A stretch of DNA of 27,857 bases. Origin: an uncultured Gammaproteobacteria bacterium (GTDB lineage: Bacteria > Patescibacteriota > Microgenomatia > 2-02-FULL-39-11). The notes under the pieces were generated by a model, which worked only from the letters and a program-made list of their open reading frames with translations, did no database searches and had not been told where the DNA came from. Shown here piece by piece: positions 6,488 to 15,378 of the stretch. The stretch spans positions 1 through 27,857 of the forward strand of contig CAZYQZ010000001.1 of the NCBI GenBank assembly GCA_964649915.1, read 5' to 3'. The position numbers and the translations under genes are program-made. Position 1 is the first letter of the stretch, and each line of letters opens with the position of its first letter.

Positions 6488-8915
6488 CCAAGAAAAAGAT
6501 ATAGAGTTACCCGGCGAGTTTGAAGGCCCTGGTCAAGACGACAGCGCCGCGCATGAGTCTGGCGAACCGCCCGAACTCTCGCGCAAGCGCACGTTCACGT
6601 TCGACAAGACCGAACTGATTAACAAAGTCATTGACGAATACGAACAGGACCTGACCGACCGCGAGGACTGGTCAGAACACCGTCTCCAACTCTATGCCAA
6701 ACTTCGTGGCTGGCTGGAGCACAAGACCCAGCCCTGGGACGGAGCCAGTAACGCCCATATCCCGCTCATGATGACGGACTGCCAGCGCATGATTGATACG
6801 CTGGTCAATGCCGTCCTGACCCAGCGCCCGGTCATGTCGGCCCAGGCCACGACCGAAGCGGACAAGGACAAGGGCGAGATCGTGGACGAGTTGACCGACT
6901 TTCAGTTCTTTGTCGAGCAGAACGGCGAAGAGAAGGTCCAGGAGTTTGCCGACAGTTTCGTGACGGACGGTACTGCGATTGCGTTTATCCCGTACATCAA
7001 AGAAGACCGCAAGGTCTCCGATGTCCGCACGTTCCCCCCGCTCAACCCCGACGCGCCCGCTGAGATCCAGATACGCCTCATTCTAGACCAGGCGTTTCCC
7101 AAGTCGTATGCGACGAAGACGGGGGAAGATAACTGGGGCTGGAGCGTGCGCTGGCTCGATGAGAACCGGCAGGACCAGATGGCCAGCGTCGAGTTCTATA
7201 CCGACGAGGACAACCATCTGGTCATGGTGGCTGAACGTGAGATGAGGTTATTTGATGGCCCCTGTTTTCTCCCGAAACAACTTGAAGACATTGTGGTGCC
7301 CGCACGATCCAGCAATTTGCAAATGCCCGGACCATCCAACCCCGGTGGGGCGGATCACGTCACCATGGTGGATTATCCGTCGTGGGACGAAATCAAACGA
7401 CTCCAGCATCAAGGATACTATGACCAACTTACCGACGAGGATGTGGCGGCGATTGATGAAGACCCTCGCAAAGGCGATGCCGTGGCGTCGCAAAGCCAGG
7501 ACCCGGCCGAGCACAAAGTCCAGCGCGATGCCCTCGCCGGACAAGATTACCAGCCGGGACCGCATACGCCGTCATCGTTCACGCGGCTAACCTACTTCGG
7601 CCGCTACGATGTCGATAACGACGGGCTCGAAGAAGATGTCGTCTTCTGGGTACTCAAGGAACAGCGCAAGCTCCTGAAGGTCTGCTTGCTCACGGAAAAG
7701 TGGCCGAGCATTCCCCCGCGCCGTCCCTTTGCCGAAGCGCGGCTGATTCCTGTTCCTGGTCAGTTCTATGGCCTAGGGATGCTGGAACTGCTTGAGCATC
7801 TCCACGACACGATGAAAGCGATTCTCGATCAGTCCCTGGACAAGAACACGCTCGTCAACACGCCCTGGTTCTTGTACCGTGCCGCATCCGGCATGCGCCC
7901 TGAAGTCATCAAGTGCGCCCCTGGTGAAGGCTATCCGGTCAGCAACCCTGGCCAGGATATGGTCTTCCCGCAGATTCCGAATCCTGACCAGACCACGTCC
8001 TTTAACTACCTCGCCCTCCTCCAGCAATGGGCGGACAAGCAAGTCGTCCTTGGGGATATGCAGTTCGGCCGCGTCCCGCAAGGGAAGGCGTCCGCCCTCC
8101 GGACGGTCGGCGGCATGATGTCGGTGCTGCAACAGGGCGACGCCCGCCCCGAACGGCTCTTGCGCCGGTTCTTTGCTGGTCTCGCCCAGGTCTATCAACA
8201 GTTCCATGAACTGAACCAGGCATTCCTCCCGCCCAAGAAGCAGTACCGCGTCTCTCCGATGACGCAACCTGGCAAGAACCCGTACAAGACCCTCGATGAT
8301 CCCTCGCAGATCAGGGGTCGGTTCCAGTTTGAGTTCAAGGCCAATTCGCTGAACACGAACAAGGCCACGCAAGCGCAGACCATCCAAGGCCTGATGCCGA
8401 TTGTGTTTAACGGCATGACATTCCAGATGGGCCTAGCCGATCAAGAGAACCTGTATAGCGTCATGCGGAAGCTGATTACCGCCGCAGGCCAGGACCCGCA
8501 CGATTGGATCAAGCCGCCGTCACCGGACAGTGACAAGCCGAAGCTCACGGCTGATGTCGTGCTGCAATCGGTCGTCCAAGGGTACATGCCTCAGGGCGTG
8601 CCACAAGAAGGCCCGCAGGCTCAGTTGCAGATCTTCCAAGATTTCATGGTCACGCCGGAATACGCCATGCTCCATCAAGGGAGCAAGGTGCTGTTGCAGA
8701 AATGGCTCCAGCAACTCCAGGTGCAGATCCAGAAACAGGCCCAGATGGCCGCGCAGGCCCAGGCCTTTGCCCAGATGCAAATGGGCGGGGGTGGCGGGCC
8801 GATGAATCCCCAGGGCCAGAGCGAACCGGCCGGTGATGGCATGACCATGGGCGTGCAAGGGCCAGGGCAGGTGAACGATGAGAGCCTACCTGGGGCGAAA
8901 GGGCAGATCCTGTGA
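6480..8915 (+). CDS. Portal protein (large, P22-like, with Gln/Gly-rich C-terminal tail)
   Basis: 811 aa following the terminase, with motifs typical of large podovirus portals (PWDGASNAHIP, FYGLGMLELL, DMQFG, FQFEF). Ends in a Q-rich helix. Confidence 0.9.
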   Translation: MPDQEKDIELPGEFEGPGQDDSAAHESGEPPELSRKRTFTFDKTELINKVIDEYEQDLTDREDWSEHRLQLYAKLRGWLEHKTQPWDGASNAHIPLMMTDCQRMIDTLVNAVLTQRPVMSAQATTEADKDKGEIVDELTDFQFFVEQNGEEKVQEFADSFVTDGTAIAFIPYIKEDRKVSDVRTFPPLNPDAPAEIQIRLILDQAFPKSYATKTGEDNWGWSVRWLDENRQDQMASVEFYTDEDNHLVMVAEREMRLFDGPCFLPKQLEDIVVPARSSNLQMPGPSNPGGADHVTMVDYPSWDEIKRLQHQGYYDQLTDEDVAAIDEDPRKGDAVASQSQDPAEHKVQRDALAGQDYQPGPHTPSSFTRLTYFGRYDVDNDGLEEDVVFWVLKEQRKLLKVCLLTEKWPSIPPRRPFAEARLIPVPGQFYGLGMLELLEHLHDTMKAILDQSLDKNTLVNTPWFLYRAASGMRPEVIKCAPGEGYPVSNPGQDMVFPQIPNPDQTTSFNYLALLQQWADKQVVLGDMQFGRVPQGKASALRTVGGMMSVLQQGDARPERLLRRFFAGLAQVYQQFHELNQAFLPPKKQYRVSPMTQPGKNPYKTLDDPSQIRGRFQFEFKANSLNTNKATQAQTIQGLMPIVFNGMTFQMGLADQENLYSVMRKLITAAGQDPHDWIKPPSPDSDKPKLTADVVLQSVVQGYMPQGVPQEGPQAQLQIFQDFMVTPEYAMLHQGSKVLLQKWLQQLQVQIQKQAQMAAQAQAFAQMQMGGGGGPMNPQGQSEPAGDGMTMGVQGPGQVNDESLPGAKGQIL

Positions 8916-9175
8916 CACTACTTCAACTGGCATCAAATGATGAAATTTTAGACGAACTCATGAAGCGATTCGATCATGCGATCTTTGCCGGGATGCTTGT
9001 GGCTGTTACCGATGAAAAAGCGTCGGGGCAACTAGATGAGATCAGGCGCATGACCGGCAACACCAGGACGTGTCAAGGACTGGCCATGGGCCATATCATG
9101 ATGGCACAAGCTCGATACGACCAACAGTGCGTAGAGCACGATAAAGACACGCACGGAGAACAGAGTGGATCTTGA
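8912..9175 (+). CDS. Small hypothetical protein (paralog of 9651-9851)
   Basis: 87 aa, GTGA overlap with the portal. Shares L...S.(D/E).....KR....V/I and GN..TC.G with 9651-9851. Confidence 0.75.
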   Translation: MTLLQLASNDEILDELMKRFDHAIFAGMLVAVTDEKASGQLDEIRRMTGNTRTCQGLAMGHIMMAQARYDQQCVEHDKDTHGEQSGS

Positions 9176-9326
9176 AGCCGAAATCTGGTGCCCTGGATGC
9201 CGCGCCCTTTACGGCCGCATCTTCCGCAAGCAGATCAGCGAGACCGTCTGTGAGCATGTGACCGACCCCGTAAACATCCCCAAGTATTGTGGCGTCTGCG
9301 AACGCCCGACCGAACGGAAACGCTAA
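9165..9326 (+). CDS. Small zinc-finger protein (53 aa)
   Basis: Read by hand: GTG start with GGAG SD, MDLEAEIWCPGCRALYGRIFRKQISETVCEHVTDPVNIPKYCGVCERPTERKR. Two CxxC motifs and a TAATG overlap with the next gene. Confidence 0.75.
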   Translation: MDLEAEIWCPGCRALYGRIFRKQISETVCEHVTDPVNIPKYCGVCERPTERKR

Positions 9327-9670
9327 TGCCCCCGACCAGACAAGAGTGCTTATCGCTCATCAAGAAGCAGGTTGGCCAAGAGCGGGACATTGCTGTGTCC
9401 TTGCTCGAAACCGCAGCCGTGCGGGCCGCTGAACTGACCGGCCATCCTGGCTGGGATCGGTTCCTGGAACAGTGCCAGGCCATGCTCAACCAAGCCGAGA
9501 AGGACCAGGCGGCGTGGACGGAGAACACCGTGAACGCCTATAGCACCGACGACATGCGCCTGGCGCAGCGGAACGTGGAACGGGCCAAGGCCCAGGTCGA
9601 GATCCTGAAGAAGATTATGAATATGCCCACTGAGATCGTGAAGGAGCGCGATGCCACTCAATCTCGATGA
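9326..9670 (+). CDS. Helical hypothetical head-module protein (start revised to 9326)
   Basis: MPPTRQECLSL... coiled-coil-like. ATG 9326 overlaps the upstream TAA. Small helical genes are usual between portal and scaffold. Confidence 0.8.
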   Translation: MPPTRQECLSLIKKQVGQERDIAVSLLETAAVRAAELTGHPGWDRFLEQCQAMLNQAEKDQAAWTENTVNAYSTDDMRLAQRNVERAKAQVEILKKIMNMPTEIVKERDATQSR

Positions 9671-9851
9671 AGTGCCGTCATCGGATCTGATCCAGGCCAT
9701 TTGCAAGCGCCATGAAGCCACCGTCGTGATTGCGACGAACGGCGAGACGTGGAGCATCACCCTCGATGGGAACGGGTTTACGTGCTACGGCATGATGCAG
9801 TGCGCGTTGCAGGACATGAAGTTGGCCAGCCTGCAACCAGGGACCGAATAA
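9651..9851 (+). CDS. Small hypothetical protein (paralog of 8912-9175)
   Basis: 66 aa, AAGGAG SD 4 nt upstream. Confidence 0.75.
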   Translation: MPLNLDEVPSSDLIQAICKRHEATVVIATNGETWSITLDGNGFTCYGMMQCALQDMKLASLQPGTE

Positions 9852-9918
9852 GCCAACGCGGGATCACTCCCCCACAAGCGAGTGCGGCAGCTACGCCAGA
9901 AGTAGGAATGGAGGAGTC

Positions 9919-10809
9919 ATGTTAGAAGGGGACGAACTCGATGTACAACAACCATCTCCCGCTGAAGCCTCAGCAGACGTTCAGGAAGCCCAGCCTCAAG
10001 CTCAAGAAGCCCAAGCTGAACCTGAACAATCCGGCCACCAACCTGAGCCGAAAGCTGACGACAAACCGCACCCCCTCGACCCAGATGGCGACCGATTCAA
10101 GCAGGTCTGGGCCAGGGCTAAAGCCGCCGAAGCGAAAGCTGCCCAAGTAGAAGCGGAAGCCCGTCAGGAACGGGAAGAACGCATTCGCTTGGAAGAGCGG
10201 TTGCGGGCGCAGGTCGAAGCGCGGAAACAGGTGGAGCCGGAATATAGCTGGGAGCAGCTCCAGGCAGCAGTGGAGGCAGGCACGATCACCCAGGCGAAAG
10301 CCTTTGAGATTCGTGACCAGCAGCTCTACGCCAAATGGGAGGCCAAGCAGCAGGCCCGTGAGGAACAATCGCGGGTGCTGTCCAGTGTCTCGACGGAGAT
10401 GAGCGAGTACAAGAAGTTGGTGCCGAATGCGACCGTGCCGGGGTCTGAGGAACGGCAGAAGGTCGAGCGCGAGTTTGGCTACTTGGTGCAGCGCCTGGGA
10501 CAGCCCCAGACCAAGGAGCAGGAACTGTCGTATGAACTGGCGGCGGCACGGGCCGCGTTCGGGGATCTCGACACGCTCAGGACCAAGCAGTCGCTGGCCG
10601 CTAAACCTCTTTCACGGGAAGCCTACATGGAAACCTCCAGTGCCAACAAGAAACCAGCCGAGACGAAGAAGGATTTCCGATCCACGCTCTCGACGCGAGA
10701 AGTGCAACACTATGAACGGCTCATGCGGAACGGGCGCTATCCCGGTGGCTGGGACGATGTCAAGAAGGAATACGAGGACTACGACACGTTCAAGAAAACG
10801 GGGGTGTAA
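9919..10809 (+). CDS. Probable capsid scaffolding protein
   Basis: 296 aa with a strong GGAGGAG SD, an acidic Q/P/E/A-rich disordered N-terminus and long coiled coils. It sits upstream of the capsid genes, and no prohead protease is visible. Confidence 0.75.
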   Translation: MLEGDELDVQQPSPAEASADVQEAQPQAQEAQAEPEQSGHQPEPKADDKPHPLDPDGDRFKQVWARAKAAEAKAAQVEAEARQEREERIRLEERLRAQVEARKQVEPEYSWEQLQAAVEAGTITQAKAFEIRDQQLYAKWEAKQQAREEQSRVLSSVSTEMSEYKKLVPNATVPGSEERQKVEREFGYLVQRLGQPQTKEQELSYELAAARAAFGDLDTLRTKQSLAAKPLSREAYMETSSANKKPAETKKDFRSTLSTREVQHYERLMRNGRYPGGWDDVKKEYEDYDTFKKTGV

Positions 10810-11165
10810 TGAACATCCTGATTGCCAGGACCTGGACCGAAGCGGAACTGTTAAAGGACGCCGAAGGCGGCGGCAAGAAACGGGGCCGTGCGGCTGGGGG
10901 CTGGGTCGATGACATTGCGGCCCAGAAGAAGGTCATTACGCTGTGCCCGCTCTGCACGAACAAGTTCAACCCCGCCAAGGTCCATTACCGGAAGGAAAAA
11001 GAATTTCCGGTCTGTCAGGCCAAGTGCGACGGGTGCAGCACGTTCGACTCGCGGTGCAGTTGGTACATTTACGATGAACTCTACTCGTCAGTGCGCTCCA
11101 CGGCGGACGAACGCCGCGCCCTGGCCAAATCCAGAGCCGCCCGAGTCAGGAAGGGCTACCTCTGA
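10809..11165 (+). CDS. Cys-rich (putative Zn-binding) hypothetical protein
   Basis: 118 aa with CPLC...CQAKCDGC...C and a TAATG overlap with the scaffold gene. Confidence 0.75.
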   Translation: MNILIARTWTEAELLKDAEGGGKKRGRAAGGWVDDIAAQKKVITLCPLCTNKFNPAKVHYRKEKEFPVCQAKCDGCSTFDSRCSWYIYDELYSSVRSTADERRALAKSRAARVRKGYL

Positions 11166-11209
11166 CGGTCACACCCCTGGACCGCTGAAGCAGGGTACGA
11201 AAGGATCAT

Positions 11210-11914
11210 ATGCAGTACTTTGGCAATCTCAGTTCTTCGACGCCGATCATCAAGAAGTATAAAGCCTCGGCCGCCTTGGCGGAAGGCATTGTGGTTATCA
11301 AGTCCGCCGCGAACGCGAGCGGCCAGATGTCCACCTCCACCACGACCTCCATCGCAAACGCGCTGGGCCTGGTGGTCGATAACGGTCTGTCGTCCGCAGC
11401 CGGTGGCCCGATCACGTACAGCACCACCCAGGGCGCTGATGAGGCCGTGTTCGGTGTCATTGTCAACCCTGATGCCATTTTGCGGGCCAAGATGGTGACG
11501 GGCGCAACCGGTACCGGCATTACCGCTGACACGATTGTGACCGCGTCCTCCAACGGACTTACGGCGGTCGGCGGCACATCCGTCGCCTCGCCTGATATGG
11601 ACGAAGGTATCCTCTGGTACACCTCCGGTTCAAACGTCGGCAAGAGCCGGAAGATTACCTCCACCTCGTCTGTCACCGCCACCGTCCTGGTGCCGTTCGC
11701 GGCCAATGCTGTAGGCGATACCTACTGTTACGCTGGCGTCAACATCGGGTTGCAGGGCGTGACCCTGACGACCGATCTCAAGAACGTGCGGGCCGACATT
11801 GCCGTCTCGACCGGAGCCACGTTCAGCATCATCGATCTGGAATTGAACGGCGCGAATGACTCGTATGTGCACTTGGTCATGGGCGGGAACGCCTGGTTGC
11901 AAGTCCAGTCATAA
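11210..11914 (+). CDS. Putative capsid cement/decoration protein
   Basis: 234 aa, beta-rich and high in A/T/S/G, directly before the major capsid gene. AAAGGA SD. Confidence 0.65.
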   Translation: MQYFGNLSSSTPIIKKYKASAALAEGIVVIKSAANASGQMSTSTTTSIANALGLVVDNGLSSAAGGPITYSTTQGADEAVFGVIVNPDAILRAKMVTGATGTGITADTIVTASSNGLTAVGGTSVASPDMDEGILWYTSGSNVGKSRKITSTSSVTATVLVPFAANAVGDTYCYAGVNIGLQGVTLTTDLKNVRADIAVSTGATFSIIDLELNGANDSYVHLVMGGNAWLQVQS

Positions 11915-11946
11915 GCCGCTGATTAACACGTAAGGAGACATGACAG

Positions 11947-12861
11947 ATGCCGAGTCCAATGAATAGTGCAGGCTTTGGTGATTTGCTCGATAAGCGAGTC
12001 ACGAAGCTGTTCAAAGACAAATATACCCAGCTCAAGGATCGGGTGCCGGATTTCTACAATATGCAGAACTCCAGCGACTCGTTTGAACGCTGGTCCGAGA
12101 TCGGGGCCTTGCCGGACTTTACCGAGTTCGGGGGCACGGTCGGGTACCAGAGCCAGAGCCAGGGCTATGACGTGACAGCCACGCACAAGGAATTTGTGAA
12201 TGGCTTCCAGATTACCCGCGACTTGTACGATGACGACCGGCACGGCGTCTGGGAGCGCAAGCCCCAGGCCTTAGCTGAGGCGTATGTCCGTACCCGCCAG
12301 AAGTACGGCGCTCGGGTGTTTAACAACGCCGACAGCGTGGACACGTACTTCTACAACCACAGCGAAGGGGTGGCGCTGGTCAGTGACTCGCATACGACCA
12401 CATCAGGAGCCTCGACCGCGACGGGATTTGATAACAAGGTCACGTCGGCCTTGACGGCGACGGCTGTGGAAGCCGCCCGGATTCAGTTCCGGGGCTTTCG
12501 CGGGGACCAGGCCGAACGCATCTCCACGATGCCGGACATGCTCCTGATTCCGGTCGATCTCTACGGCCGCGCCTACGAGATTACCGCCTCCAGCGGCAAG
12601 GTGGATACCGCCAACAACGACGCGAACGTCCACAAGGGCGCGTACACGGTCGTGGACTGGGAGTATCTGACCGATTCCAACGACTGGTTCATGATCGATT
12701 CCAGCGCGATGAAGGACAACCTGTACTGGTTTGACCGCATCAAGTTGGAGTTCGGGATGGCAGAAGAACTCGATACGCTCGTGGCGAAGTGGCGGGCCTA
12801 TGCCCGCTTCTCCAACATGTATCGTGACTGGCGTTGGATTCTCGGAGCGTCGGTATCCTAA
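11947..12861 (+). CDS. Major capsid protein (HK97 fold, Mu gpT-like)
   Basis: 304 aa with an AAGGAG SD. Motifs FTEFGGTVGY, HKEFVNGFQITRDLYDDD, LA.A..RT....GARVFN, LLIPVDL, DSNDWF and DWRWILG resemble Mu-like gpT capsids. Confidence 0.88.
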   Translation: MPSPMNSAGFGDLLDKRVTKLFKDKYTQLKDRVPDFYNMQNSSDSFERWSEIGALPDFTEFGGTVGYQSQSQGYDVTATHKEFVNGFQITRDLYDDDRHGVWERKPQALAEAYVRTRQKYGARVFNNADSVDTYFYNHSEGVALVSDSHTTTSGASTATGFDNKVTSALTATAVEAARIQFRGFRGDQAERISTMPDMLLIPVDLYGRAYEITASSGKVDTANNDANVHKGAYTVVDWEYLTDSNDWFMIDSSAMKDNLYWFDRIKLEFGMAEELDTLVAKWRAYARFSNMYRDWRWILGASVS

Positions 12862-12868
12862 TTGATTA

Positions 12869-12893
12869 GATCGGGGAAGTGACTAACCCGATC
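12869..12893 (+). other. Stem-loop just downstream of the major capsid gene
   Basis: GATCGGG-(11 nt)-CCCGATC, 7-bp stem. There is no U-tract, so it is more likely a stability or processing element than a terminator. Confidence 0.4.
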
Positions 12894-12904
12894 ACAAGGA
12901 TGAC

Positions 12905-12934
12905 ATGAAGAAGAAAAAGAAACGAGGCTGCTAA
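12905..12934 (+). CDS. Basic 9-aa mini-ORF MKKKKKRGC
   Basis: AAGGA SD 4 nt before ATG 12905. Its TAA overlaps the ATG of the next gene (TAATG). Confidence 0.45.
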   Translation: MKKKKKRGC

Positions 12935-13134
12935 TGGCCAGTAACTATCACAGCTACCAGCCGGAGCGAAAGATCAGCGCCGGAGACGGGCCCAAGCTCA
13001 AGAAACAGGGTGGATCTCAGGCCATGGCCGAGAAGGCTGGGCCGTTCGGGGGATGCCCTGGACCGTGCCAGTCTGGCAATCGGTCTTTGGGCGTGAAGAA
13101 GGTCAAGATATACGCGAACAGCGACGGATTATAG
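12934..13134 (+). CDS. Small basic hypothetical protein
   Basis: 66 aa, G/K-rich, with a GAGG SD. Confidence 0.7.
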   Translation: MASNYHSYQPERKISAGDGPKLKKQGGSQAMAEKAGPFGGCPGPCQSGNRSLGVKKVKIYANSDGL

Positions 13135-13200
13135 CCACGTCAGGACCGCGTGACGCTTGGCTGCTCAATGATGAGCGAATCTAATCGTGGTGTGAGGACT

Positions 13201-13641
13201 ATGAGTGAAGCTGAATTGTTAGCTTGGGCAGCAGGGTTTATTGACGGAGAAGGAACAATAAGCCTGTACAAGAGGACCGACAGAAAGAACGAGTTCACCG
13301 TTCGGTTGAGCGTTGTCAATACAAAGATAATCGCATTAGAGCGGTTACAGGCGATGTTCGGCGGGTCAATCCATCCTATGTACAAGGAGAACGATCGGCG
13401 GAACTGGAAGTCTTCGTTTATTTGGGTATGCAGTCATAAAGGTGCTCACGATGCAATAGCACGTCTTGAGCCGTATCTTCTGCTGAAGCATGAGCAAGCT
13501 CTACTTGCATTGCAAGCACGAAGCAATATCGGGTCTGTCGGGCCTCGCATTTCGGAGAGTGCCGTCAAAGCTCTGGATGAGATTCTTCTGAAGTTCAGGG
13601 TTTTGAATAAGAAAGGACGGGTAGCAACATCGGCTTCTTAA
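13201..13641 (+). CDS. Free-standing single-motif LAGLIDADG homing endonuclease
   Basis: LAWAAGFIDGEGTI motif followed by the typical beta-strands. GAGG SD before ATG 13201 (preferred over 13150). AT-richer than its neighbours. Confidence 0.9.
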   Translation: MSEAELLAWAAGFIDGEGTISLYKRTDRKNEFTVRLSVVNTKIIALERLQAMFGGSIHPMYKENDRRNWKSSFIWVCSHKGAHDAIARLEPYLLLKHEQALLALQARSNIGSVGPRISESAVKALDEILLKFRVLNKKGRVATSAS

Positions 13642-14594
13642 CAAAATATGGGACGTTCTGGGGAACGATCCCGCAGACGACTGGACGCATTTTCTGGGTC
13701 GCACCGTCCGCGACGTACTACGTCGAAGGCCGGAGCTATTCCGCTTCAGATAACAATGATGGCCTCTCGCCGGAGCGGGCATTGCGGACCATCGACTACG
13801 CCGTGGGCCTGTGTACCGCCAACATCGGTGACGTGATCGTCGTGATGCCTGGGTCGCATACCACGACCGGCACCATTACCGTAGACGTGGCGGGCGTGAC
13901 CATTACCGGCATGCCTGGCGGACCTCGGCACATGGCCGACAAGATGGCCGCTGGGGCCAGCAAGATGCGGTCCTCCGTGACACAAGCGACCGCGACGACG
14001 GATGTGTTCACCGTCACGGCTGCTGACGTGGAAATTGCCTATCTGCATTTAATCCCGGTGGCCGGGGCGGCGGCGGTCAGCGCCAGTAACGCGGCTGACC
14101 GGGTCTATGTGCATGACTGCACCTTCAACATGACGACCGCCGCGAACACCGCGACGTTCGGCATCACCTTCCCGCTCGGGACAGGCACCACGACCGCCAA
14201 TGACGATTCCGTGATTCGGAACTGTTACTGGTATGTGTCTGACAACCAGGGTCCGGCGATTCGCGCAGCCGGGACCTTGATCGGCTGCTCGATTGAGTCG
14301 AGCACGTTCTACTTGGCTGGGACGACTGCCTGGGACGATGTCATTGAAATCACCCTCGCCGGATCGCTCGGCAACCACATCCGTGATTGCGACTTTATCC
14401 AGCAAGGCTCCGGCACCGTGATGACGGATTGCATTGACGTGACCGGGTCCACCACCGATGGCGGCACCCAGGTCTATCGCTGTTACTTCCCCGCTGGCTC
14501 TGACGCCATTGAAGCGTCGGCCACTGCCGATGTCTACGCGGCAGAATGTTACCTCGCCACCACCACGGGTGGAGCCCTGACAGGGAGCGTCTAG
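13629..14594 (+). CDS. Putative virion protein with pectin-lyase-like beta-helix; probable non-canonical ATC start
   Basis: The frame is open from 13611. The conserved-looking N-terminal motif IFWVAP...SDNNDGLSPERALRTIDYA lies upstream of the track's TTG 13782. No ATG/GTG/TTG/CTG occurs in frame before 13782, and AAGGA (13613-13617) precedes ATC 13629. Confidence 0.7.
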   Translation: MGFLTKYGTFWGTIPQTTGRIFWVAPSATYYVEGRSYSASDNNDGLSPERALRTIDYAVGLCTANIGDVIVVMPGSHTTTGTITVDVAGVTITGMPGGPRHMADKMAAGASKMRSSVTQATATTDVFTVTAADVEIAYLHLIPVAGAAAVSASNAADRVYVHDCTFNMTTAANTATFGITFPLGTGTTTANDDSVIRNCYWYVSDNQGPAIRAAGTLIGCSIESSTFYLAGTTAWDDVIEITLAGSLGNHIRDCDFIQQGSGTVMTDCIDVTGSTTDGGTQVYRCYFPAGSDAIEASATADVYAAECYLATTTGGALTGSV

Positions 14595-14598
14595 TTTT

Positions 14599-15378
14599 AT
14601 GATCCACGTCCAATCCAAGCACGGGCCAGGCACCATTATTGTCCCCGCCGCCGCACAGCCACGCTACTGGGAGTTTTCGAGTTCCATGGAACGCCTGCTG
14701 GTTCCAGAAGGGACCCGATACTTCATTGAGCGCGGCTGCTCCGTGGTGGACAACTTCAACAGCGCCATGAAGAAGGCGACGGGCGACTGGGTCTGGTTCT
14801 TGGGCGATGACCATGAATTTCATGAGCACACGCTGATGCGGTTCCTGGATCATCAGGTGGACGTGGTCGTGCCGATCTCACCCACCAAGGTTGCTCCGTG
14901 GGTGCCGTGCGTCATTCACGGCCCTGCGGACGACCGGGTGTGGCACGAAAATATGGATCTCTACACCTGGGACGAACTCTCCGGTGACGGGTTGATGGCC
15001 TTGCCGAAGGGCGACTTCATCGGCCAGGCCGGGATGCTGGTCCGTATGCCGATTCTGAAACAGATCGGGACGCCGACCTTTAAGTGCGGGCAGCTTGATC
15101 CAGGTCGGCTTCAGGAAGACCTGTACCTGTGCCATGAACTGCAACAGATGGGCGTGACGGTCTGGATTGATCGGGACGTGATCTTCGACCACTGGTTCAT
15201 CATGGGCGTGACGGCCAGAAAGCACAACGGCCAGTACGTCCCTGCGCTCAAGACCGGGGGCAAGGTCGTGGTCCTGCCGGATGCGAAAGGCGTGCGAGAC
15301 CTCAACCTTGGTGACGGCATGTCACGGGTCAAGTGGCTGCCCAAGAGCCCTGAACAATTGGAAGAGGCCGTGCTGTGA
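14599..15378 (+). CDS. Glycosyltransferase, GT-A fold (GT2-like)
   Basis: 259 aa with FNSAMKKATGDWVWFLGDDH (DxD-like), AGMLVR, EDLYLC and IFDH motifs. No transmembrane segment. Confidence 0.82.
   Translation: MIHVQSKHGPGTIIVPAAAQPRYWEFSSSMERLLVPEGTRYFIERGCSVVDNFNSAMKKATGDWVWFLGDDHEFHEHTLMRFLDHQVDVVVPISPTKVAPWVPCVIHGPADDRVWHENMDLYTWDELSGDGLMALPKGDFIGQAGMLVRMPILKQIGTPTFKCGQLDPGRLQEDLYLCHELQQMGVTVWIDRDVIFDHWFIMGVTARKHNGQYVPALKTGGKVVVLPDAKGVRDLNLGDGMSRVKWLPKSPEQLEEAVL

Noticed and set aside
13134-13641. Group I intron hosting the LAGLIDADG gene, which would explain the missing start downstream
   Set aside because: Only ~66 nt of non-coding sequence upstream and none downstream, no recognisable P7 or core elements, and the upstream gene ends normally.
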